Origin: a virus
Lineage: Duplodnaviria > Caudoviricetes
Direction: 5' to 3' (one strand)
DNA: 30,582 nt
Virus record (IMG/VR): IMGVR_UViG_3300034106_005968
Coordinates: 1 to 30,582 of that record
Positions 9,170 through 16,671 of the stretch are shown here, in pieces (position 1 is the first letter of the stretch; every line of letters begins with the position of its first letter). A program made the translations under genes and the position numbers. Under the pieces are notes generated by a model, which was not told where the DNA came from, ran no database searches, and saw only the letters and a list, made by a program, of their open reading frames with translations.

Positions 9170-9407
9170 TCAATTGAGAAACTTATTATTGAGTAATTAT
9201 GAAAGAAGCCTTCCATCCAAAAGGGATACAGAAGATTTTATAAGTAATTTCCATCAATATAGAGCCCAAAAGAAAGCACAAGAAAAGACACATTATGGTT
9301 TAGCTTTGTTGGCTATATTAATTTTAACTGCATTAGGATCAATAGCCTTAAAAGAAACAACAAATAAATTAGATATACAAACAGCTAGTGGTCAAGTTCA
9401 AAAATGA
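9162..9407 (+). CDS. Small single-pass membrane protein, anti-sigma-like topology
   Basis: 81 aa; soluble N-terminal helical part, TM YGLALLAILILTALGSIAL, short C-terminal tail. Confidence 0.55.
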   Translation: MDNQLRNLLLSNYERSLPSKRDTEDFISNFHQYRAQKKAQEKTHYGLALLAILILTALGSIALKETTNKLDIQTASGQVQK

Positions 9408-9784
9408 AATTAATATATATACTATTAGCCGCAATTTTAATTCAATCTTCTTATGCTGAAGATAAAATCAAAATATCAATAAATAAAGATAAGAATGGTA
9501 AAATAACTTTAGTTAGCTCTGGACATTCAGCTCCAATATCTTTTGATATTATGGGCAAAAGCTATGATGTTCCATCTGGTGGTGGATCAGTAGAAGTTGA
9601 ATCAAAAGAATTTGAATCTAAAACAGAAACAGAGATTGATCCTGCTTTAGATGTTAATGCTGAGAGCGGATCTGAAAATCGTAGTAGCAATATCTCGCAG
9701 CCATTTGGATCTCAACAATTTAACTCTTTACTTATACCGCCAGTAAATTCTAATCCAAATCCACTAGAAGCAACCCCAATTTAA
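9404..9784 (+). CDS. Exported hypothetical protein
   Basis: Signal peptide MKLIYILLAAILIQSSYA; small beta domain and disordered acidic/Pro-rich tail. Confidence 0.7.
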   Translation: MKLIYILLAAILIQSSYAEDKIKISINKDKNGKITLVSSGHSAPISFDIMGKSYDVPSGGGSVEVESKEFESKTETEIDPALDVNAESGSENRSSNISQPFGSQQFNSLLIPPVNSNPNPLEATPI

Positions 9785-9788
9785 TCTG

Positions 9789-9794
9789 GTGTAA
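9789..9794 (+). promoter_or_regulatory. GTGTAA motif
   Basis: N8 to ATG 9803. Confidence 0.7.
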
Positions 9795-9802
9795 GCTTAT
9801 GT

Positions 9803-10069
9803 ATGGCGATCAAAATAAAAAATTGGTGGGGTAATTTAAAAACTTATGATAAGTTCTTTTTTATCACCTTCATTCCTGCGATACTTTTTACGCTTTGGGG
9901 GCTAAGTGACCTTTATATTAATTACTTTGATTTATTAAGTAAGGAAGATCATCTTCAATTCTTTCTTAGAGTATTCTTTCCAGTCTCAATAGCTACTTTA
10001 GTAACAGTATTAGAACGAAATAAAAGACGAAAATTAATAAAAGATATAAAAGATTACTTAAATAGATAG
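9803..10069 (+). CDS. Small two-TM membrane protein
   Basis: 88 aa; two hydrophobic segments and a basic C-terminus; preceded by GTGTAA-N8. Confidence 0.75.
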   Translation: MAIKIKNWWGNLKTYDKFFFITFIPAILFTLWGLSDLYINYFDLLSKEDHLQFFLRVFFPVSIATLVTVLERNKRRKLIKDIKDYLNR

Positions 10070-10070
10070 A

Positions 10071-10076
10071 GTGTAA
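10071..10076 (+). promoter_or_regulatory. GTGTAA motif
   Basis: N8 to ATG 10085. Confidence 0.65.
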
Positions 10077-10084
10077 TACTATTT

Positions 10085-10159
10085 ATGATATATAACCCAG
10101 GTAAAGGTAATTTAGTAAATACAAATACAGATCAAACTACAAATGGAATTAAAAATTAA
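10085..10159 (+). pseudogene. Truncated fibre-gene remnant (24 aa MIYNPGKGNLVNTNTDQTTNGIKN*)
   Basis: Begins like ORF 10183 (MILNPGR); NTNTDQTTNGIKN resembles the NTGNQTISGVKNF motif of ORF 24115; ends at an 18-bp repeat. Confidence 0.6.
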
Positions 10160-10175
10160 TCTTTCAATAAGATAA
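10158..10175. repeat. 18-bp direct repeat, copy 1 (AATCTTTCAATAAGATAA)
   Basis: Exact second copy at 11078-11095; the pair flanks gene 10183..11064. Confidence 0.85.
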
Positions 10176-10182
10176 TAAAAAT

Positions 10183-11064
10183 ATGATATTAAATCCAGGT
10201 AGACCAGATATAAATAAAGCGGTAATTCCCTCTACTCAAATTTCAGATTCCACAACTGCTGGAAGGGCTTTATTAACGGGCCCTAGCGTTCAATCTCAAA
10301 GACAAACTTTAAGTCTTTTTCCAACATATTCTAGTTACGCAGATCTTGTAGCAAATGGTCCACAACAAACAAGTAGAGTTTATATAACAACTGACGATTG
10401 GAGAACTTATGCATGGGTTTCAAGTATAAGTCAATATATTGAAGTATCTCCTTCTGTCTCATCTGTAAATTCTGGAGTTATGATTTCTAGCGGAATAAAC
10501 GGTGATTTTAGTAATTTAAATGGACTTGTAAAACAAGTTGCTGAGGAATGGTGGGAGGGTGTGCCAATTGGCTGGTCTGGAGTTAACTCACTTTATACAG
10601 TATATAGTGGTATTAACACTAATAATTATATAGCTAACGTAGCAGCACTATCGACAGGACCTGCTGGTAATTCTTTTCGTCAAAATTTAGGAAGATTACC
10701 AATAACTTCAGATGTAGAATTAACATTTACTTTATTGAATTCTTTTCCAGCTTTTGGTACTCCAGTTTTAAATGCAGCAATATATGATATAGGTTATAAT
10801 AATCTTGCTACAGGTTCATATTCTACAACAACTAGCGGTACATTTACATTAACTGGAAATTCAATTCCAGCAAATACTAACATTATTGTAGGATTTTGGG
10901 CAGACGCTGCTAATCCAGCTCTAGATAATGTATCAATTTCTCAAACTACGCCAGCAACTACATGGATATTTCCCACTACTTTACCAAGAAATAGTGATAA
11001 TTTACCAAGTGGCGCTTTATGGGTAGATGTAGCTGCTGGAAATGTATTAAAAATTAAATTATAA
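10183..11064 (+). CDS. Tail-fibre-type virion protein carrying a PEP-CTERM passenger homolog
   Basis: Phage fibre-like modules ISDSTTAGRALLT, RVYITTDDWRTYAW...YIEVSP and LPSGALWVDVAAGNVLKI flank a domain alignable with the passenger of ORF 4057. Confidence 0.72.
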   Translation: MILNPGRPDINKAVIPSTQISDSTTAGRALLTGPSVQSQRQTLSLFPTYSSYADLVANGPQQTSRVYITTDDWRTYAWVSSISQYIEVSPSVSSVNSGVMISSGINGDFSNLNGLVKQVAEEWWEGVPIGWSGVNSLYTVYSGINTNNYIANVAALSTGPAGNSFRQNLGRLPITSDVELTFTLLNSFPAFGTPVLNAAIYDIGYNNLATGSYSTTTSGTFTLTGNSIPANTNIIVGFWADAANPALDNVSISQTTPATTWIFPTTLPRNSDNLPSGALWVDVAAGNVLKIKL

Positions 11065-11070
11065 ATAATA

Positions 11071-11145
11071 CTATTTCAATCTTTCAATAAGATAAAACAT
11101 ATAAACAAATACTGCCAAGCAAATTAATCCAGTTGCAATTGTCAT
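11071..11145 (-). CDS. 24-aa single-TM peptide MTIATGLICLAVFVYMFYLIERLK, not in the ORF track
   Basis: Minus-strand GTGTAA (11159-11154) N8 ATG; hydrophobic helix with charged end; fills the intergenic gap. Confidence 0.6.
   Translation of the reverse strand: MTIATGLICLAVFVYMFYLIERLK
11078..11095. repeat. 18-bp direct repeat, copy 2
   Basis: Identical to 10158-10175. Confidence 0.85.
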
Positions 11146-11153
11146 ATAAAAAA

Positions 11154-11177
11154 TTACACTTATAAAAATAAGTGTAA
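11154..11177. promoter_or_regulatory. Back-to-back GTGTAA motifs (TTACAC-N12-GTGTAA)
   Basis: Each half is 8 nt from an ATG (11145 minus, 11186 plus). Confidence 0.7.
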
Positions 11178-11185
11178 TGATATAC

Positions 11186-11593
11186 ATGCCAATACCTTCA
11201 AAAAAAGATAATGAGAAACAAGGTGATTACATGGGTCGCTGCATGGAATTTATGAAAGATGAGAAATATCCTCAAAAACAAAAAGTAGCAATTTGTTTAA
11301 ATACTTATAGCAACCCCAAAAAGAAAAGTAAAGCAGCAGACAGAAATAGCATTGAAATTGATTTTTCAGATAAGATTAAAGAAATTAAAGATAAAAAAGC
11401 ACAAATAGAAGCAGAAAAAGAAATTAAAACCCAACCAGTTATTGAGCAAAAAATTGAAACTCCAGCCCCTTTACCACAAAACCCAGTTATTGAACCAGCT
11501 CATAATGCAGTAACCGCCCCAGCTCCAGAAGTTAAAGCAGATCTTAAAATAGAAGAAACAAAGGTTTCTTCCGAATCAACGCAATCATCTTAA
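11186..11593 (+). CDS. Phage protein with MPIP...RCM...AIC domain and Pro/Glu-rich tail
   Basis: Start moved from 11177 to 11186 on GTGTAA-N8 spacing; small two-Cys domain common in aquatic phages. Confidence 0.7.
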   Translation: MPIPSKKDNEKQGDYMGRCMEFMKDEKYPQKQKVAICLNTYSNPKKKSKAADRNSIEIDFSDKIKEIKDKKAQIEAEKEIKTQPVIEQKIETPAPLPQNPVIEPAHNAVTAPAPEVKADLKIEETKVSSESTQSS

Positions 11594-11644
11594 ATAATTA
11601 TTTTAATTGGATTTAAATTAATATTTAATATATAATTATATTAA

Positions 11645-12091
11645 ATGAAAAGATATTGTACCTCTTGTGGATCTCCAACAGATTATTCTTTAAAAAAACC
11701 CCAATTTTGCTGTAATTGCGGTAAATCATTTGATAATAATCAAACTGTTCAAGATAAACCTGTTATAGCTAATAATACGATTAATCGTGCTCGCCCTAAT
11801 CTTAATCAGAAATTAAGAAATTTCAAAAATATTGAAAATGATGATCACGAAAATTATGATGACGATAATGATGATTATGATAATAATGTTAATCATGTTC
11901 CAAATATAAATGGTTTAGAAGTAGAAACTTTTGCAGAAAAAACCAGAGGAGAAAAAATAGGAGATTTAATGAAATCTCCCTCAAAACCAAATAAAAGAAG
12001 TCCTTCAAAAACAAAAGCTCAAAAAATATCAAATAAGAAAATTCTTGAAGATTTCAAAAAAGAAGCTGGATCTATCCGAAGATCAAAGTAA
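11645..12091 (+). CDS. Zinc-ribbon protein
   Basis: CTSC and CCNC CxxC pairs at the N-terminus; TAATG-coupled to the sigma gene. Confidence 0.75.
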   Translation: MKRYCTSCGSPTDYSLKKPQFCCNCGKSFDNNQTVQDKPVIANNTINRARPNLNQKLRNFKNIENDDHENYDDDNDDYDNNVNHVPNINGLEVETFAEKTRGEKIGDLMKSPSKPNKRSPSKTKAQKISNKKILEDFKKEAGSIRRSK

Positions 12092-12774
12092 TGAGCAAAA
12101 AGAAGGCTAAGTTTGAGGAAAAAATTTCTGAAATAGATCAAGAAATCTATAAGAGGAAAAATAAATGGAATTTAACAGCTCTTGCTTGGATGGATTTCAG
12201 TGATGTTTCTCAAATTTTAAGAATACATATAAATAATAAATGGGCGCTTTACGATCAAAATCAACCACTTGCTCCTTGGGTTAATAGAATCATAAGCAAT
12301 CAAATTAAAAATTTGATTCGTAATAATTATGGAAATTATTCGAGACCTTGTTTAAAATGTTCAGCTGCAGAAGGTGAAGATCTATGTAAAATATATGGCA
12401 AACAATGCGGTTCATGTTCTATTTATAAGAAATGGGAGAAAAGAAAAAAATCAGCTTACGATATTAAACTTCCAGTAGCCTTAGAGAATCATACTCAAGA
12501 AGTTCATAACATGGTACATGATAATATCAATATCGAAAAGAGCGCGGAGAATATTCACAATAAAATGTCAAAAATGTTAAAGTTATCTGAATGGAAATTT
12601 TATGAATTAGTTTATGTTCAACATAAGTCAGAAGAAGAAGCTGCAAGAATAATGGGATATAAAACTACTGAAAAAAATAGATCAGCAGGATACAAGCAAA
12701 TTAAAAATCTTAAAAAATCAATTATACAAAAAGTTAAAAAATATATCTATAGCGGAGAAATAGATATACGTTAA
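12091..12774 (+). CDS. Phage RNA polymerase sigma factor (ECF/sigma70-like) with Cys-rich insert
   Basis: Region-2-like DFSDVSQILRIHINNKWALYDQNQPLAPWVNRIISNQIKNLIR; region-4 HTH-like LSEWKFYELVYVQHKSEEEAARIMGY; five-Cys insert between them. Confidence 0.78.
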   Translation: MSKKKAKFEEKISEIDQEIYKRKNKWNLTALAWMDFSDVSQILRIHINNKWALYDQNQPLAPWVNRIISNQIKNLIRNNYGNYSRPCLKCSAAEGEDLCKIYGKQCGSCSIYKKWEKRKKSAYDIKLPVALENHTQEVHNMVHDNINIEKSAENIHNKMSKMLKLSEWKFYELVYVQHKSEEEAARIMGYKTTEKNRSAGYKQIKNLKKSIIQKVKKYIYSGEIDIR

Positions 12775-12775
12775 T

Positions 12776-13870
12776 ATGTCAGACGATATACTAATACTAA
12801 CCGAAGACCAACAATTAAAACTCCTAAAAGAATGGAATGATAGGCCGAATAATCCTCCATCTTTAGCAGAATTAGTTAAATTAGCTTTTGATAGAGATGA
12901 TTTAGACGGACGAAGCAAAGAAGGAAAAGCTGTTAAACAATTTTTAGCTTCAAGACAAATTAAACCAAAGAAAAGCCACGAATACGAAGCAAAAGGTTTA
13001 ATAGAATTAACAATAGACCAAAAAGAATATATTAGTAACAATTGCCACACTATGACTGGGTTAGAGATGGCAAAAATTTTATTTAAAAATGAATCATTAA
13101 CTAACTTATGCCAAGAAACGAGAAGTATTCTTGAGCATATGAAAAATATACCGAGCAATATTAAATTCAATAATACTGAAAATGAAAATGCCTCTACAGA
13201 AGGATACAAACCACCCCGTAGCGAAGAAAGAACAATAGCGAAAATTAATAAATATGTTTTAGATGGAATTGATAAGAACAAGCTTACCCATAAACATAAA
13301 AAAGAAATAAACTCATTAATTGGTTATATGAATACTCATAGATTTACTCATCAAATGAATATTTACGATAACGAACCAGATAGAGAATTATTCGAAAGTA
13401 GTTTCGTAAGATACACTTACGATAAAGGAGATCTTTCTCAAGAAGAAGTAGATCAATATATTGTACTCTGCACAGAGGTTGTTATATCCTCTAATATTCA
13501 ACAAACAATTAATGTTTTACAACATCAAATAGAATTATCTATGCAAGAAGATGGCAAAATCCCAATGGCTCTTGTAGAAGCAAGTAGTACGGCTCGCAAG
13601 GAATATAATGATTGCGTTAATCGTCAGCAAAAATTAAATAATGATCTTAAAGTAAAAAGAAGTGATAAATTAAGTAAACAAGTTAAAGAAACAGCTTCTA
13701 TTATTAATCTTGTACAAATGTGGAAAGAAGAAGAGAGTAGGGCGAAATTATTAAAAATGGCAGAGATGAGAAAAAAGACTATCGAAAAAGAAATAGATAG
13801 ACTCTCAACAATGGATGAAATAAAATGTAAAATTTTGGGGATCTCAAAGGATGAGATTTTAAATGGATGA
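12776..13870 (+). CDS. Phage protein, candidate terminase small subunit-like
   Basis: 364 aa; HTH-like segments and a C-terminal coiled coil; upstream of the nuclease and terminase; function from position only. Confidence 0.4.
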   Translation: MSDDILILTEDQQLKLLKEWNDRPNNPPSLAELVKLAFDRDDLDGRSKEGKAVKQFLASRQIKPKKSHEYEAKGLIELTIDQKEYISNNCHTMTGLEMAKILFKNESLTNLCQETRSILEHMKNIPSNIKFNNTENENASTEGYKPPRSEERTIAKINKYVLDGIDKNKLTHKHKKEINSLIGYMNTHRFTHQMNIYDNEPDRELFESSFVRYTYDKGDLSQEEVDQYIVLCTEVVISSNIQQTINVLQHQIELSMQEDGKIPMALVEASSTARKEYNDCVNRQQKLNNDLKVKRSDKLSKQVKETASIINLVQMWKEEESRAKLLKMAEMRKKTIEKEIDRLSTMDEIKCKILGISKDEILNG

Positions 13871-14802
13871 GCGTAATATGTAAAGTTGATGGTAAAGAGT
13901 TCAAAGATGAAAAAAGTCTTCATTTCGCGCTTAGAGGTTATGGTTTAAATAAAGAAAAATACTATCATACATATTATCCGAAGAAAGATCTTCTTACAGG
14001 AGAAACAATTAATTTCAAAACAAAAGATCAATATCTAAACAGCGACTTTAACGATAAGAATAATATGAAAAAATGGTTGAAAGAACAATCATTAGATAAG
14101 GCTCAAGAATATTGCAAGAATCTTTTAATTAAAAGAAAAAAAGATAAAAACTTAATATATTCTCCAACACAAATAGAGTTGAGAACTATAATGAGTCCTT
14201 CTATTATTTTTTACAATAAAATATTTAATGATTATTATGATATATGTTCTAGCATAGGATTAGAAAATAAGTTCATTCACCCAAATAATATCACCTCTCA
14301 ATTTCAAAATAAATTAACAACTAAAGATACCATATACGTAGATACAAGAGAACAGAGCTGGTTGAAGTTCGATATTCCTTTTGAAATTAAGACGCTTTCA
14401 TTTGGAGATTATTCTTGCAGTAATGAAAATTGTAATTGTTATATAGAAAGAAAAAGTCTAAGCGACTTCATAAGTACTTTAAGTGTTAAGAATTTTGATA
14501 GGTTTAAAAATGAAATTGAAAAAGCTCAAAAGAATAATTCATATTTAATAGTTATCGTTGAAGAGAAACTTGCCAGCGCTTTAAGCTTTCAATATCTACC
14601 TCATATTAGTAAAAAAATAAAAGCTACGCCAGAGTATATATTTCATAATGTTAGATCTTTAATTCAAGAGTATAGTAACCTACAATTTTTATTTGTTGAT
14701 GGCAGAAATGAAATGAAAAGAGCAATTGAATCTATATTTGCAAGTAAATGTTTCTACAACAAAGTAGATTTGCAATTAGCTTATGATATGAAACTTTTAT
14801 GA
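13867..14802 (+). CDS. ERCC4/XPF-family nuclease domain protein
   Basis: YVDTREQ, LSFGDYS and IERKSLSDF motifs. Confidence 0.8.
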   Translation: MSVICKVDGKEFKDEKSLHFALRGYGLNKEKYYHTYYPKKDLLTGETINFKTKDQYLNSDFNDKNNMKKWLKEQSLDKAQEYCKNLLIKRKKDKNLIYSPTQIELRTIMSPSIIFYNKIFNDYYDICSSIGLENKFIHPNNITSQFQNKLTTKDTIYVDTREQSWLKFDIPFEIKTLSFGDYSCSNENCNCYIERKSLSDFISTLSVKNFDRFKNEIEKAQKNNSYLIVIVEEKLASALSFQYLPHISKKIKATPEYIFHNVRSLIQEYSNLQFLFVDGRNEMKRAIESIFASKCFYNKVDLQLAYDMKLL

Positions 14803-16643
14803 TATATTGTCCAGATAAATATATAAGAGAGGTTAAGGATGTTAACGCTGAGTTAGCAGAGCTAAAGGGTTATCTTAATGATAAAGAAGCTAAAATATCT
14901 CTTGCTAAATTTCTTAGAGCTAATATTGGATTCACAACTGAATTAATTAGTGGAGTTAAATTAGCTGCATATCAAGAAATTCATCTTAAAGCCTTAATGA
15001 ATAGAAATTTTAATATGTGCGTATTTGGTCGTGGCTGTGGAAAATCTTTTATGGCAGCTGTATTTTGTTTTCTTCAATGCGTATTCGAACCAAACACTAA
15101 AATACTTATAGCTGGACCAACTTTCAGAACTGCAAGATTTATATTTAATAATTTAGAAAAAATAGTAGATAGTCCAGGAGCAGAGTTATTAGCTCAATGC
15201 TTTGGAGCCAAAGCTAAAAGAAACGATCAGTTTGAATGGCAGATTAATGGAGGAAGTATTGTAGCGATTCCATTGAATGGTGAAAAAATTCGAGGATTTC
15301 GCGCTAATGTTCTAGTGCTTGACGAGTTTCTACTTCTTCCAGAAGAAATTATTAAAAATGTATTGATGCCATTCTTAGTCGCTCCACAAAATATGAAAGA
15401 ACGAATGGAGATAAGAGAATACGAAGATAAACTTATTGCAGATGGACTTATGAAGCCAGAAGAAAGAATGGTATTCGAGAATACAAGTAAAATGATAGCT
15501 TTATCTTCAGCTAGCTATACTTTTGAAAATCTTTATAAAACTTATAATGAATGGTCTGAGAAAATCTTGGAAAAAGAGAAAAGTGAAGCAAAATACTTTG
15601 TAAGTCAATTAAGTTACGAAGCCTTACCAGAAGAAATGATCGATAAAACAATCATTGAAGAAGCTCAAGCTGGTGGATCAAGCCATAGCAGTTTTTTGAG
15701 AGAATATTGCGCTAGATTCACAGATGGTAGTGATAGTTATTTTAATGCAAAAAAGATGGAAGATTGCACAATTAAAAATGGAGAAAGCCCTCATACTTTA
15801 ATGAAAGGTCAACCAAATAAAAAATATATTCTTGGAATTGATCCTAATATGAGTGATAGTCCAAATGCAGATTATTTTGCTATGGCAGTTTTAGAAATAG
15901 ATGAAATCACTAGACAAGGTACTTTAGTTCATACATACGCTGGATTAGGAAATTTAAAGAATCATGTTAATTATTTTTATTATTTATTAACTAATTTTGA
16001 TATTCATTTAATTGTTATGGATAATGCAGGAGCAGACGTATTCTTAGCTTCAGCAAACCAATCAGAACTATTTAAAAATAATAAACTTGAAATAAATTCT
16101 TTTGATTTCGATTCAGACCTAGAAGGTGAAGATTATAATCAAATGTTAAGAAGAGCTAAAAATCAATATAATTTAGAAAATAAAAGAATATGCTTTAACC
16201 AAGTATTTACTAGCAATTTCATAAGAAGAGCTAATGAATATCTTCAAGCATGTATAGATTATAAAAAGATTTGGTTTGCCAGCAAAACTTCAGCTTCAGA
16301 TGATTTCTTTAATTCTCAATTTTCATTAAGACTACCAATGGAATTACTAAAAACAGAAGATAAAAAAGATTGGGAAATGCTTGATTTTATAGAAAATCAA
16401 GATGATTTCATTTATCAAACCAAGAAGCAATGCGTATTAATTGAACATTCCGCTACTAGTAGGGGTACTCAATCCTTTGATTTACCTCAACATTTAAAAA
16501 GAAGCGCCTCTGCTAATAAAGCTAGAAAAGATAATTATTCTGCATTTATGTTAGCCAATTGGGGTTTGAAGTCATATAATGACTTAATGATGCAGCAAAA
16601 AGAACAGATATCCAACTCTTTTTCGCCTATAATGATTAAATAA
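14799..16643 (+). CDS. terL: Terminase large subunit
   Basis: Walker A GRGCGKS, Walker B VLVLDE after KIRGFRAN, FLREYCARF, nuclease YILGIDP and C-terminal KDNYSA. Confidence 0.92.
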   Translation: MIYCPDKYIREVKDVNAELAELKGYLNDKEAKISLAKFLRANIGFTTELISGVKLAAYQEIHLKALMNRNFNMCVFGRGCGKSFMAAVFCFLQCVFEPNTKILIAGPTFRTARFIFNNLEKIVDSPGAELLAQCFGAKAKRNDQFEWQINGGSIVAIPLNGEKIRGFRANVLVLDEFLLLPEEIIKNVLMPFLVAPQNMKERMEIREYEDKLIADGLMKPEERMVFENTSKMIALSSASYTFENLYKTYNEWSEKILEKEKSEAKYFVSQLSYEALPEEMIDKTIIEEAQAGGSSHSSFLREYCARFTDGSDSYFNAKKMEDCTIKNGESPHTLMKGQPNKKYILGIDPNMSDSPNADYFAMAVLEIDEITRQGTLVHTYAGLGNLKNHVNYFYYLLTNFDIHLIVMDNAGADVFLASANQSELFKNNKLEINSFDFDSDLEGEDYNQMLRRAKNQYNLENKRICFNQVFTSNFIRRANEYLQACIDYKKIWFASKTSASDDFFNSQFSLRLPMELLKTEDKKDWEMLDFIENQDDFIYQTKKQCVLIEHSATSRGTQSFDLPQHLKRSASANKARKDNYSAFMLANWGLKSYNDLMMQQKEQISNSFSPIMIK

Positions 16644-16649
16644 GTGTAA
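16644..16649 (+). promoter_or_regulatory. GTGTAA motif upstream of portal (leadered)
   Basis: Directly after the terL stop, 22 nt before ATG 16672. Confidence 0.55.
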
Positions 16650-16671
16650 ATATTTTAAATATAAATTAAAA

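Noticed and set aside
11431-11530. Short internal repeat (PVIE...PAP twice)
   Set aside because: Ordinary low-complexity linker duplication
12718-13923. Minus-strand ORFs 12718..13281 and 13624..13923
   Set aside because: Almost entirely antisense to a coherent coupled operon; their Phe/Leu/Ser bias mirrors Lys/Glu codons
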